A DNA stretch of 64,000 nucleotides, from contig JAICWL010000004.1 of the NCBI GenBank assembly GCA_025934835.1, positions 2,474 to 66,473 on the forward strand. The letters run 5' to 3'. The DNA is from Fimbriimonadaceae bacterium (GTDB lineage Bacteria > Armatimonadota > Fimbriimonadia > Fimbriimonadales > Fimbriimonadaceae). Made by a program: the position numbers and the translations under genes. Below are positions 1 to 9,275 of this stretch, in pieces. Position 1 is the first letter of the stretch. Each line of letters starts with the position of its first letter. Under the pieces are notes generated by a model, which was not told the origin of the DNA, searched no databases, and saw only the letters and a list, made by a program, of their open reading frames with translations.

Positions 1-99
1 AATCAGCGGAAGCGAAGTCGCCAGCAAAAGAATCAGGTACAGCAGCGTGCGCGGCAAGGATTGCAGCTTTGCGCCGATCGAGGAGTCCGGGGTTGCCAT
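1..99 (-). CDS. N-terminal fragment of a membrane protein (gene continues past the left window edge)
   Basis: Minus-strand ATG at 99-97 abuts the TAA (102-100) of the upstream gene. Reads MATPDSSIGAKLQSLPRTLLYLILLLATSLPLI with a hydrophobic segment. Not in the ORF track because it has no stop in the window. Confidence 0.4.
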   Translation of the reverse strand, partial: MATPDSSIGAKLQSLPRTLLYLILLLATSLPLI

Positions 100-993
100 T
101 TAGGAAGCCTCCTGTCGCTCGAGGTTGAGCCAGATGCGTAGGCCCATGGCCAACGATCCGATGCCGACTCCGAAGTCGATTCCTCGAATGCTTGGAGTCT
201 GAACGTTGTCGCTCAGCCAGCCTGCGATCGCTTCGAGACTCAGGTTCGGATGTGTTTGAATGAAGCTGTTATTTCCCCATTTGTAAGCCACGGCCCCCAT
301 TAGGCTAAGCATTACGATCAGCGCTGCGGCCAGGAGAATCGTGGCCTCGACCGAACGGATTCTGAACGCGCGGTATGCAGCCGAGAGGATGTAGAACGCG
401 ATCATCGAGAACATCGCCGCGTCCATCTGCTGCAAAAGCCCGTCGAATAGCATGTCGCTGGCGAATTGCTGGAAATGCCAGTTCGCCGGATCCTCGAGCA
501 AGCCTCCTGTGGGCGAGTGCCGGTTGAACCAGTTCCAATAGCCGAACAGGATCATGAGAAGCATTGAGGCGATCAGCACGAGGCTGAACTCCCAATCGCG
601 CTGCCGCTTCACGAGCTTGCCAACGTGGATTCTGGCGACCGAGTACACCCCGAGTCCGAGAAGGAACGCCGTTAGGATGTTCGAGAAATTTGCAACCTGC
701 GGGAGCGCGTCCTCGAGCCAGAACGCGACACCCTCCACCGGATTGAGCGGCGCCTGACCGGGGTCACGCGCAATCGCCGACGGCCAGAGCCAGTACGTGA
801 CGTAAAAAAGGCCCGCCAAGAATGTGAACACGCCGACGATCGGCCGGCGCAAATTCGCGGGCGCGGCGATCAAACCGAAAAAGAATGCCCCCGACAAAAC
901 AAGGGCAAGCACGATCTTGATGATCAGTTCAGCGGAGCCGCTCGGAGCGTTCCAGAAATTAAGTCCGGCTCCAGCCTGTGCGAGGAGGTCCAT
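100..993 (-). CDS. polytopic integral membrane protein, function unknown
   Basis: 297-aa ORF with many hydrophobic helices. Its start overlaps the stop of the upstream gene (TAATG at 991-995). Confidence 0.7.
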   Translation of the reverse strand: MDLLAQAGAGLNFWNAPSGSAELIIKIVLALVLSGAFFFGLIAAPANLRRPIVGVFTFLAGLFYVTYWLWPSAIARDPGQAPLNPVEGVAFWLEDALPQVANFSNILTAFLLGLGVYSVARIHVGKLVKRQRDWEFSLVLIASMLLMILFGYWNWFNRHSPTGGLLEDPANWHFQQFASDMLFDGLLQQMDAAMFSMIAFYILSAAYRAFRIRSVEATILLAAALIVMLSLMGAVAYKWGNNSFIQTHPNLSLEAIAGWLSDNVQTPSIRGIDFGVGIGSLAMGLRIWLNLERQEAS

Positions 994-1982
994 TAAGAGC
1001 CCCCTCCGACCGGATGGTAGTCCGGATCTTTCGGCCGTTGAGGCTTCGTTAGCGTCTTCGAAATCATCGCGCCGCCTTGACCCTGGAGCAGGTGCTGCAT
1101 GAACGCGTCGCTAGGAGCCACGGCCCTCGGCGCCTTTACCGGAGCGATCACGCCGGCCGTCTTTTCGAAAGTCGCCTGCGCGCCCGTGAACGGACCGACA
1201 ATCGCCGTCACGTTCAATGCTCCTGCGAGCGCAGTCGCAGCGATCAAGATCTTGCTCCAGTCTTGTCCGACGAGGCTCCCGACCAAGATCGGCTGGCGCG
1301 TAAGGTATGCCGAGGCCGCATAGAACTCGTCTCCGATAAGGACGTAGTCGCACGCGGCAATAAAGAACGGCGTCTGCGTCGTCTCAGTGGAACTCGCGAT
1401 TTGGATGGCTCCGGTCGAATTGGCGGTTTCGGCGAAAATTAGAGATTCCGCGTAGAACGCACCCATGAAGAAAGTCGCCGCAGCCTGTTCGCGCTGTATG
1501 AGTCCCGAGACGCCCGCTGCAAACGCGAACTGACGGTCGGAGATGAACCGAACAGAGTCAGTGTCGTACCGCTCGATCGCGCCCTCTTGCTGGTAAGTGT
1601 CGCGAATCATCTCCTGCGCAACCGTGTAAACCGCCGCGTCTGCGCAGCACACCAAAATCGGATTCGCGAATCGCGCGCAGAGACGCGTCACGTAAACGAA
1701 AATGTTCAGGGCCTGGACGACGATCGCGTTCATGCCGCTGAGGCCAGGCACCATCAGTACCGGCCGGCCCATCTCGGTTGCCCGGCCGACCGCCTCGTCG
1801 ATAGCGTTCAGGCCCGCGATTCTGCGGATGTAAAGGTCCTTACCGGATTTCGCGCGCTTGATATTGAGCAACACGAATGCCACCAACACGAGCGTAAACA
1901 CTCGGCTGAACCAGCCAGTGTCCAGATATTGGGCGCCTTCGTAGATCTGCGCCATCGGCAACGAGCCCAGATCGAACGGCAT
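993..1982 (-). CDS. membrane-anchored protein of unknown function
   Basis: 329-aa ORF with an N-terminal TM (FTLVLVAFVLLNI) and then a large domain with no motif I recognise. TAATG overlaps at both ends (1980-1984 and 991-995). Confidence 0.7.
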   Translation of the reverse strand: MPFDLGSLPMAQIYEGAQYLDTGWFSRVFTLVLVAFVLLNIKRAKSGKDLYIRRIAGLNAIDEAVGRATEMGRPVLMVPGLSGMNAIVVQALNIFVYVTRLCARFANPILVCCADAAVYTVAQEMIRDTYQQEGAIERYDTDSVRFISDRQFAFAAGVSGLIQREQAAATFFMGAFYAESLIFAETANSTGAIQIASSTETTQTPFFIAACDYVLIGDEFYAASAYLTRQPILVGSLVGQDWSKILIAATALAGALNVTAIVGPFTGAQATFEKTAGVIAPVKAPRAVAPSDAFMQHLLQGQGGAMISKTLTKPQRPKDPDYHPVGGGS

Positions 1983-2290
1983 TAGGTTACGGCCTCCAAG
2001 GGTGTCGGGTCGGATTCCAGCTTTCTAAGCAAAGTCTCGATGTTTGCGCGCTTGCTTAGCACCCGGGTGTAATCGTGCACCGTATCGTAGCCCAGCATCG
2101 GAACAAGAAACGGCGCAAACACCGTAGCTGCGGTTCCGGCAACGTAAGCGAGCGGCTTATGCATCTCGAGTGCGAGGATGGCTGGCACCTGAAGCTTCCG
2201 CTTCCGGACTTCGGCCGCTGCCTTATCCAAAAGGCGCTCGGTCTCCTCCGGGGTCAGTTCATTGTCCCAGTATTCGAACATCTTTACCAC
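1982..2290 (-). CDS. small membrane protein, unknown function
   Basis: 102-aa ORF with one hydrophobic segment (AYVAGTAATVFAPFLVPMLGY), coupled to the downstream gene. Confidence 0.55.
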   Translation of the reverse strand: MVKMFEYWDNELTPEETERLLDKAAAEVRKRKLQVPAILALEMHKPLAYVAGTAATVFAPFLVPMLGYDTVHDYTRVLSKRANIETLLRKLESDPTPLEAVT

Positions 2291-2708
2291 TGCAGGCTCT
2301 GATTATCTCGATGACCCGCGCCCTGCACTCCGCGGTCGTCCTTATCGTTACCCCTCGGAAAGCGTCCATTCTTCCAGCCGTCTCGAGCGGGGAAACACAA
2401 ATTGTGGTCGGTCTCACTTCTATGCGCTTCGCCTCATCCCACCGCATCGAGGTCACGCTGACGCCCGTTCTCGCTGAGACACCGTTCGGCCCGATCTCGT
2501 AGCGCGAGCCTAGCCAATATTCAGTAGTTGCCCCAAAGATCATAGCAAACCCGAGCAATCCGAACAAAGGGTGCCGAAACAGCGCGAACCCCAGCAGACC
2601 CGCGGCGATAGCCACTGCCAACACGGCATAGCGCTTCGTCGGCGCGGTGTCAGATAGACGGACGGACCATGAGAAGGATTCGCACCCCGAAGTTGCTTGA
2701 GTTCCCAT
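2259..2708 (-). CDS. membrane protein (two TM helices plus a small C-terminal domain), unknown function
   Basis: 149-aa ORF starting 28 nt after the prs stop. TM pair YAVLAVAIAAGLLGFALF / LFGLLGFAMIFGA. Overlaps the next gene by 23-32 nt. Confidence 0.55.
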   Translation of the reverse strand: MGTQATSGCESFSWSVRLSDTAPTKRYAVLAVAIAAGLLGFALFRHPLFGLLGFAMIFGATTEYWLGSRYEIGPNGVSARTGVSVTSMRWDEAKRIEVRPTTICVSPLETAGRMDAFRGVTIRTTAECRARVIEIIRACSGKDVRILGQ

Positions 2709-2736
2709 GGCAGCTTAAAATCGTCGAAGCGCAGGT

Positions 2737-3681
2737 TCAGCGCCAATCGTGGAAAAGCTCGCTCACCGACTCGTTCAGATAGATCCGCCGAATAGCGTCC
2801 GCGAGCAATGGCGCCACCGACAGCGTCGTCAGCTTTTCGAACTGCTTCGACTCAGGAATAGGGATCGTATCGAGGGACACCACCTTTGATATGCAGCTAC
2901 CTTCGAGCCTTACCGATGCGTCCATGCTGAATACGGGGTGCGTGCAGCACGCGATCACCTCTCGCGCTCCTCGATCCATGAGAGCCTGGGCGCCTGTGAC
3001 GATCGATCCTCCGGTGTCGATCATGTCATCGATCATCACACACTTCTTGCCTACGAAGTCTCCAACGATTTCCACGACTTCGACCTTGTTTGGTGCGGGC
3101 CGCCTCTTCGCGATAACCACGAACGGGCATCGCAACCGGTCCGCAAGTGCTTTGGCCCTGCCGACTCCGGCGACGTCCGGGCTCACGACGACAACGTTCG
3201 GATCCTCACGAAGTCCCTGACGTACGAAGTAGTCACCGATGATCGGCCCGCCGTAGAGGTGGTCGACAGCGATGTTGAAGAATCCTTGAATCTGGTCGGC
3301 GTGCAGGTCGACGGCAACCACTCGGTCGGCGCCGCTCATCTGGATAATGTCTGCCACAAGCCTGGCGGTGATCGGCTCGCGGGGCTTCACCTTTTTGTCC
3401 TGCCTCGCGTAACCGTAATAAGGCACGACAACGGTAATCCTGCGTGCGGAAGCCCGTCGGAACGCATCGAGCATGATGAACAACTCCATGCAGTTGTCGT
3501 TCGTCGGAGCGCACGTCGACTGCAAGAGGAACACGTCGTTGCCGCGGGCCGATTCGTCGACGAGCACGCGGATCTCTCCGTCCGCGAACTTCGTAGAAGT
3601 CAGGCGCCCGAGCTGGATCCCTAGGCGCGCTGCCACTTTGCTGGCAAGCTCGCGGTTGGAATTGCCGGCAAAGAGCTTCAT
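2737..3681 (-). CDS. prs: ribose-phosphate pyrophosphokinase (PRPP synthetase)
   Basis: MKLFAGNSNRELASKVA... N-terminus as in E. coli Prs, plus the PRPP-binding loop VMIDDMIDTGGS. The ORF track extends to 3747; I prefer the internal ATG at 3681, but 3747 is possible. Confidence 0.9.
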   Translation of the reverse strand: MKLFAGNSNRELASKVAARLGIQLGRLTSTKFADGEIRVLVDESARGNDVFLLQSTCAPTNDNCMELFIMLDAFRRASARRITVVVPYYGYARQDKKVKPREPITARLVADIIQMSGADRVVAVDLHADQIQGFFNIAVDHLYGGPIIGDYFVRQGLREDPNVVVVSPDVAGVGRAKALADRLRCPFVVIAKRRPAPNKVEVVEIVGDFVGKKCVMIDDMIDTGGSIVTGAQALMDRGAREVIACCTHPVFSMDASVRLEGSCISKVVSLDTIPIPESKQFEKLTTLSVAPLLADAIRRIYLNESVSELFHDWR

Positions 3682-3701
3682 CCCTTCCAGGGACCTGGAC
3701 T

Positions 3702-5099
3702 CTATCGGTCGCCCGACCTCTTGATTCTCCGCCACTGTGCTGCCCATTGCTCTTTGGTCTCCTGCCTGGCCCTGCCGAATGCTCCGGCATCTGCCGGCAC
3801 GCTCTGAGTGATGACGCTACCCGCCGCGATCAGTGCGCCGTCTCCAATAGTGAGCGGTGCGACGAGCGTCGAGTTGCTGCCTACGAACACATTCTCACCG
3901 ATTTCGGTTCGGTTCTTGGAAAAGCCGTCGTAATTGCACGTGATCGTCCCCGCGCCGACGTTCGTATGGGATCCTACCGATGCATCCCCTATGTAGGACA
4001 GGTGCGAGGCGCTAACGAGCGGCGCGAGCGTCGAGTTCTTGACCTCGACGAAGTTGCCGATCTTCGATCCCGCGCCTATCCGCGACTTCGGTCGGAGATT
4101 CGCGAAAGGACCGCATCGCACTTCGTTCCCGATTTCCGCTTCGGTAACGAGGCTCATGAGCACGACCACGCCATCACCGATATGGGAATCTTCGATCTGC
4201 GCATTCGGCCCAATTCTGCATCGTGCGCCGATGGCTGTCGAGCCCAGCAGCACGGTCCCTGGCCCGATGATTGTGTCGACTCCAATCGTCACGTCTGGCC
4301 CGATGGTCACGGCGTTGACGCCCGTGAAGCTCACCCCGTTCAGTGCATGTCGCCGAACGATTCTCGTTTGCAGGATACGGCCGGCCTCAGCAAGTTGATA
4401 GCGGTCGTTCACGCCCATCAGCAGCGAGTCGTCGCGCACCGTCCATGTCTCGACCTTCTTGCCGGTTTCGGTAAGGATCTCCGGAACATCGGTCAGGTAG
4501 TACTCACCTTGAGCGTTCGTATTCTTCAATTTGGGTAAAGCGCCCAGAAAAGCGTCTGCATCGAAGCAGTAGAAGCTGGTGCAGACTTCGCGGATCCGCT
4601 TCTGGTCAGGGTCGGCATCCTTTTCCTCAACGACCCTGCAAGCGACTCCAGCCGAGTTTCGAATGATTCGGCCGTACCCCGTGGGATCGGTCAACTCGGC
4701 GATCGCCATAGTGCAGGCCGCGGCTTCGCGCCTATGGTGCTGCAAGAGCGCCTGAAGCGTCTCGGACTCGATCAGCGGCGCATCGCCGGGCACAACGAGC
4801 ACTTCCCCGTCGAAGCCGTCGAGGATCCCGGCCGCCATCGATGCCGCGTGACCCGTGCCCAGCTGCTCGCGCTGCCAAACATATTCATAGCCCGTTCCTA
4901 GCGCCTGTTGAACCGCTTCCCCGCCGTGGCCGATCACTACGATCGGCCTGGCAACACCCGCACCCTTCATCGCACGGCCGATCAGCTCCAGCATCGGTAC
5001 GCCGAGGATCGGGTGAAGTCCTTTGGGCAAATCCGACTTCATGCGAGTGCCCTTTCCCGCGGCGAGAATCACCCCGGCAACCTGACGTGGACTTTCCAT
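3702..5099 (-). CDS. glmU: bifunctional GlcNAc-1-P uridyltransferase / GlcN-1-P acetyltransferase
   Basis: LAAGKGTRMKS nucleotidyltransferase motif followed by C-terminal left-handed beta-helix hexapeptide repeats. Start trimmed to MESPRQVAGVILAAGKG (ATG at 5099-5097); the track's 5225 start would overlap the divergent gene. Confidence 0.9.
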   Translation of the reverse strand: MESPRQVAGVILAAGKGTRMKSDLPKGLHPILGVPMLELIGRAMKGAGVARPIVVIGHGGEAVQQALGTGYEYVWQREQLGTGHAASMAAGILDGFDGEVLVVPGDAPLIESETLQALLQHHRREAAACTMAIAELTDPTGYGRIIRNSAGVACRVVEEKDADPDQKRIREVCTSFYCFDADAFLGALPKLKNTNAQGEYYLTDVPEILTETGKKVETWTVRDDSLLMGVNDRYQLAEAGRILQTRIVRRHALNGVSFTGVNAVTIGPDVTIGVDTIIGPGTVLLGSTAIGARCRIGPNAQIEDSHIGDGVVVLMSLVTEAEIGNEVRCGPFANLRPKSRIGAGSKIGNFVEVKNSTLAPLVSASHLSYIGDASVGSHTNVGAGTITCNYDGFSKNRTEIGENVFVGSNSTLVAPLTIGDGALIAAGSVITQSVPADAGAFGRARQETKEQWAAQWRRIKRSGDR

Positions 5100-5201
5100 A
5101 AGTGGTGGAGCTGGCCCGTCTATTCTGCCTGCTTTCCGGGCCGTTGGGCAACAGGCAGTCAAGTGTCCAGGTTGGGTTTGCACTCTGGTAACGTTCGCAC
5201 G

Positions 5202-6023
5202 ATGAGCGCCGACGCTGGATATCACTTGAGCGGTTTCGCCGATGAGATCAGCCCAAATCTGGACGAGCAGACAGATACTTTACGGACGCTCGGCATTGCC
5301 GGCCTCGACCTGCGAAGCGTGGGCGGAGTCAACGTGCTCGATCTATCGGATGCGGATTTGGATCGGGTGAAGGAGGCGTGTTCCGCGCGGGGTCTCCACG
5401 TTCAAGCCGTCGGGTCACCGGTCAATAAGGTGAAGTACTCGCCGGACGCGCGTCAGAATGAAGATCGCAAGCTTGCCCGGGCGATCGAGATTGCCCACTA
5501 CCTCGGTGTCGAGAAAATCAGGGTGTTTTCGCCCGAACAAGGGGACGCGACCGACGCCGAGATCATGGATTGGATGCGGCGGCACGTGCGGATGGCCACC
5601 GAGGCAGGCGTTGTACTGCTCCATGAAAACGATGGAGTTTTTTGGGGCGCCTACCCGGAGCACTCGAAGCTGCTTCTCAAGGAGCTTGGGGGCCCCTCAC
5701 TTCGCGCTGCATTCGACTTCGCCAACGCGGTGCTGATAGGCCTCCGACCGATGCGCGACTGGTTTCCCTGGATCCTCCCCTACCTGGACACACTGCATGT
5801 CAAAGACGCTGTTGAGGCCACCCGGAGCATTGTGCCGGCCGGCCGAGGCGATGGCGAGATGCTAGAAACGTTCCGGTTGCTCGCACGCGAGGGTTGGCAA
5901 GGCACGCTCACCCTCGAGCCCCATCTGTCGGCGGCAGGGGCATTCGGCGGCTTTTCCGGCGGGCAGCTTTTCGGTGAAGCGACACGCGCACTTCGACACT
6001 TGCTCGATGAGGCCAGCCGATGA
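5202..6023 (+). CDS. sugar phosphate isomerase/epimerase (xylose-isomerase-like TIM barrel)
   Basis: Typical AP-endonuclease-2/TIM-barrel layout (GFADEIS..., LHENDG..., TLEPH). Start set at the internal ATG 5202; the upstream part of the ORF is antisense to glmU. Confidence 0.8.
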   Translation: MSADAGYHLSGFADEISPNLDEQTDTLRTLGIAGLDLRSVGGVNVLDLSDADLDRVKEACSARGLHVQAVGSPVNKVKYSPDARQNEDRKLARAIEIAHYLGVEKIRVFSPEQGDATDAEIMDWMRRHVRMATEAGVVLLHENDGVFWGAYPEHSKLLLKELGGPSLRAAFDFANAVLIGLRPMRDWFPWILPYLDTLHVKDAVEATRSIVPAGRGDGEMLETFRLLAREGWQGTLTLEPHLSAAGAFGGFSGGQLFGEATRALRHLLDEASR

Positions 6024-7075
6024 ACGTCCGATATGGGATCGTCGGGTGCGGCGCCATCCACAACGTACATATCGAGTCGCTGCGCAAGATCGAGGGTGCC
6101 GCAGTTTCAGGCGTCTACGACGTCGACCGAGCGAAAGCCTGTGAATCCAGCGACAAGCACGGAGTTCCCTGGGCGCCGAGCATCGAGGACCTCTTCGATC
6201 GGTGCGATGCCGTCTGCGTGTGCGTGCCAAGCGGGATGCATGCAAAGCTCGGCACGCAGGCTGCGAACGCTGGAAAGCACGTGATTGTCGAGAAGCCGAT
6301 CGACGTTTATCTCGAACCTGCCCGGGCCCTGGTCGATCGATGCGCGAAGCAAGGCGTCAAGCTCACGTGCATCTCTCAGCACCGGTTTTCGAGCGCAATC
6401 CGGAGGCTCCACGACGCCGCTGGCTCCGGTGAGCTCGGCAAACTTCTCCAGGGGGACGCGTACGTCAAGTGGTACCGGACCCAGGCCTATTACGACTCCG
6501 GCGACTGGCGTGGCACCCGCGGGCTTGACGGCGGCTGCCTCATGAACCAAACGATCCACTACATCGACATGATTCAGTGGATCATGGGCGGAGTCAGGGC
6601 CGTCCAGGGCCAAGCCCGCACCCTGACGCACGACATCGAGTGTGAGGACAGCGCCGCAGCGATCGTGGAGTTCCGAAATGGGGCCTCCGGCATCATCCAG
6701 TCTTCTACATCGTTCTACCCGGGGTTCACCGAGCGCCTGGAGGTACACGGAGAGCATGGCTCCGTGGTGATCGACGGCGACCGAACGAAGCTCTGGCAAA
6801 TCGACCCCGAAGCTGCGGGCCAGGGGCTCTACGGCGGCGGGGTCATGCAGCAGCCGGCCCCGAATATCCGGCTTGCGGCCCAAGCCGAAAGCGACGACGA
6901 TGGGACTTCCGAGTGGGGCGAGCAGCACCGGCTGCAACTCGAGGATTTCACCCAAGCGATCATCGATGACCGGGAGCCGTTCCTAACAGGCACTATGGCG
7001 CTGGAGCCGCTTAAAGTGATTCTCGCGATCTACGAAAGCTCGGCGAACGGCGGTCGCAGAGTTGAAGTTTCATGA
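6020..7075 (+). CDS. Gfo/Idh/MocA family oxidoreductase
   Basis: N-terminal Rossmann motif YGIVGCGAIH and the EKP motif (VIVEKPI). ATGA overlap with the upstream gene. Confidence 0.85.
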   Translation: MNVRYGIVGCGAIHNVHIESLRKIEGAAVSGVYDVDRAKACESSDKHGVPWAPSIEDLFDRCDAVCVCVPSGMHAKLGTQAANAGKHVIVEKPIDVYLEPARALVDRCAKQGVKLTCISQHRFSSAIRRLHDAAGSGELGKLLQGDAYVKWYRTQAYYDSGDWRGTRGLDGGCLMNQTIHYIDMIQWIMGGVRAVQGQARTLTHDIECEDSAAAIVEFRNGASGIIQSSTSFYPGFTERLEVHGEHGSVVIDGDRTKLWQIDPEAAGQGLYGGGVMQQPAPNIRLAAQAESDDDGTSEWGEQHRLQLEDFTQAIIDDREPFLTGTMALEPLKVILAIYESSANGGRRVEVS

Positions 7076-7815
7076 GATTCGGCTTGTGCTGCTCCTACGA
7101 GGACGTGACCGGGGCCCTCGACGCAGGCTTCGATTACGTGGAGCTTGCTGCCTCGCGCCTTCGGGAACAAACGTCGGAGCTGTCCGGCGTTCCTGTCGAG
7201 GCCACGAACCTATTCTTCCCATCAGGATTCCAGCTGTTCGGTCCGGGCGCCGACGATGCGCCCGCTTACGGCTCGAAGCTGTTTCCTATCGCAGCTTCAC
7301 TTGGGGTGAGAACGATGGTCATCGGCAGCGGTGCGGCGCGGCGAGCGGCTGCGGAACAGAAAGCTGACCTGGCCCAATCGGAGTTCTGTCGAATAGCGAG
7401 CGAGCTTTCCAAGATGGCAAGTGAGTACGGCATCGTCGTCGCTCCCGAATCGCTCAACGCAACGGAAACCGACGTGGGAAACCGCCTAAGTAGCTTGGCC
7501 CGCGAGCTGGCTTCCCTAGGAACTGCCTATACCGCCGATAGCTACCACGTGCTGGCCGAATGGCGGTCGGACCATGGCACAGACTGGCATCCGAGCTCGG
7601 TCGATTGGGCTGTGGAGCTTCCGACCCGGCCGGCGCACGTGCATCTCGCAAGCGCGGAGCGGCAAGCCCCGCAACCCGGCGACGCGTCCCTCGCTGGGTT
7701 CGTGCAAAGGCTGGCGGAACTAGGGTACGACGGAAGGGTCAGCCTGGAATGCAGCGTGAAGGAGGCAGGCATGGCCCAAGCCCTCCGAGGTGCGAAGTCC
7801 CTATTTGGCTGCTAG
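7072..7815 (+). CDS. sugar phosphate isomerase/epimerase family TIM-barrel protein
   Basis: 247-aa ORF, ATGA-coupled to the oxidoreductase, with TIM-barrel-like pattern (YVELA..., APESLN..., SLECS). Confidence 0.7.
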   Translation: MRFGLCCSYEDVTGALDAGFDYVELAASRLREQTSELSGVPVEATNLFFPSGFQLFGPGADDAPAYGSKLFPIAASLGVRTMVIGSGAARRAAAEQKADLAQSEFCRIASELSKMASEYGIVVAPESLNATETDVGNRLSSLARELASLGTAYTADSYHVLAEWRSDHGTDWHPSSVDWAVELPTRPAHVHLASAERQAPQPGDASLAGFVQRLAELGYDGRVSLECSVKEAGMAQALRGAKSLFGC

Positions 7816-7822
7816 CCGAATC

Positions 7823-8800
7823 ATGCCGCTCATAGATTTACCACTCGACCAGCTTCACCATTATCAGGGCCGGAACCCACGACCCGCGGACTTCGATCCG
7901 TTCTGGGACCGCGCAATTGCGGAGTTGGACGCCGTCGATGCGAACGTAGAGCTTGTCCCCCATCCGTTACCCGTCGATTTTGCCGAGGCGTTCGAGCTCT
8001 GGTTCACGGGCGTTGGTGGGGCGCGCATCTTTGCGAAGCTACTTCTGCCCAAGCGCCGGCCCGCGCCGACGCCAGCCGTGTTGCAGTTCCACGGATACAG
8101 TGCCCACTCGGGTGACTGGAGCGATAAGCTCGGCTACGTGGCCGCCGGCTTTACCGTGGCCGCCATGGACTGCAGAGGACAAGGCGGGCGATCGGAGGAT
8201 CCGGGCGGAGTCCAAGGCACGACTTTACGCGGTCACATTGTGCGCGGTCTGGACGACTCACCCGAGAAGCTGCTTTACCGGCAAATATTTCTCGATACGG
8301 CCCAGATCGCTCGTGTTGTGATGGCGATGCCGGCGGTCGATGCGCAACGCGTTGGCGCGATGGGAGGCTCACAAGGAGGAGCGCTGACGTTGGCGTGCGC
8401 AGCGCTCGAGCCGCGGATCCGCCGTGCTGCCCCAACATATCCGTTCCTGTGCGACTATCAGCGTATCTGGGAGATGGACCTTGCGAACCAGGCCTATGAG
8501 GAGCTCCGTTCGTTCTTCCGCTGGCACGATCCTAGGCATCAGCGTGAGGAGGAGATTTTCACTCGGCTCGGATACATCGATATCCAGCACTTGGCGCCGA
8601 GGATTCACGCCGAGGTCCTTTTTGCCGTCGGGCTCATGGACAGCATCTGCCCGCCGTCGAGCCAATTCGCGACCTATAACAAAATCCGCTCGAAGAAGGA
8701 ACTGGTGATCTACCCGGATTTTGGGCACGAAGGGCTGCCAGGCTGGAACGACCTAACGTTCGAATTCATTTGTGGCTTGCTTGGTGACGGATCTCCTTAG
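7823..8800 (+). CDS. acetyl xylan esterase / cephalosporin-C deacetylase (CE7 family)
   Basis: MPLIDLPLDQLHHYQG... N-terminus, GGSQGG nucleophile motif, C-terminal ...DFGHE. Confidence 0.8.
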   Translation: MPLIDLPLDQLHHYQGRNPRPADFDPFWDRAIAELDAVDANVELVPHPLPVDFAEAFELWFTGVGGARIFAKLLLPKRRPAPTPAVLQFHGYSAHSGDWSDKLGYVAAGFTVAAMDCRGQGGRSEDPGGVQGTTLRGHIVRGLDDSPEKLLYRQIFLDTAQIARVVMAMPAVDAQRVGAMGGSQGGALTLACAALEPRIRRAAPTYPFLCDYQRIWEMDLANQAYEELRSFFRWHDPRHQREEEIFTRLGYIDIQHLAPRIHAEVLFAVGLMDSICPPSSQFATYNKIRSKKELVIYPDFGHEGLPGWNDLTFEFICGLLGDGSP

Positions 8801-9210
8801 GCGCGGCGAAAAGCCCAGAGGGCGAGGCAGAGCCAGCCGGCGAGCATCATCACCCCTCCGAGCGGCGTGACGGCTGCCAAAGTTCGGATTTGACTTAGAG
8901 CGAGCGCATAAAGGCTTCCCGAGAATACGAGCATCCCAGCGAACATGAGCCAGCCGCTCCATCTGAGCGCGGATTCTGCCGATCTCGAAGCCAGCGCCCC
9001 GATGGCAACCAGCATTACGGCATGCACGAGCTCGTAATGCGCGGCCGTCTGCCACACATTTAGAGCCTCCGGCTCCAAGCTGCCCTTGAGCGCGTGCGCT
9101 CCGAATGCGCCCGCCCCGACAGCCAGAAGCCCGTTGAGAGCGCCAAGTCCGACGAAGATTCTTGAGCTGGACTGCTCGTTAGGACTTCGATCGAGGGGCT
9201 GGGCCGCCAT
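8797..9210 (-). CDS. DUF423-type small membrane protein
   Basis: GAGAFGAHAL...AAHYELVHA pattern and four TM helices. Start set at the ATG at 9210-9208. Confidence 0.75.
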   Translation of the reverse strand: MAAQPLDRSPNEQSSSRIFVGLGALNGLLAVGAGAFGAHALKGSLEPEALNVWQTAAHYELVHAVMLVAIGALASRSAESALRWSGWLMFAGMLVFSGSLYALALSQIRTLAAVTPLGGVMMLAGWLCLALWAFRRA

Positions 9211-9275
9211 GGTCCGAGTGTATCTCCACGGCGAGGACACCGCGAGTAGGGCCAAAATGAAAGGCTGGGAAGCTT

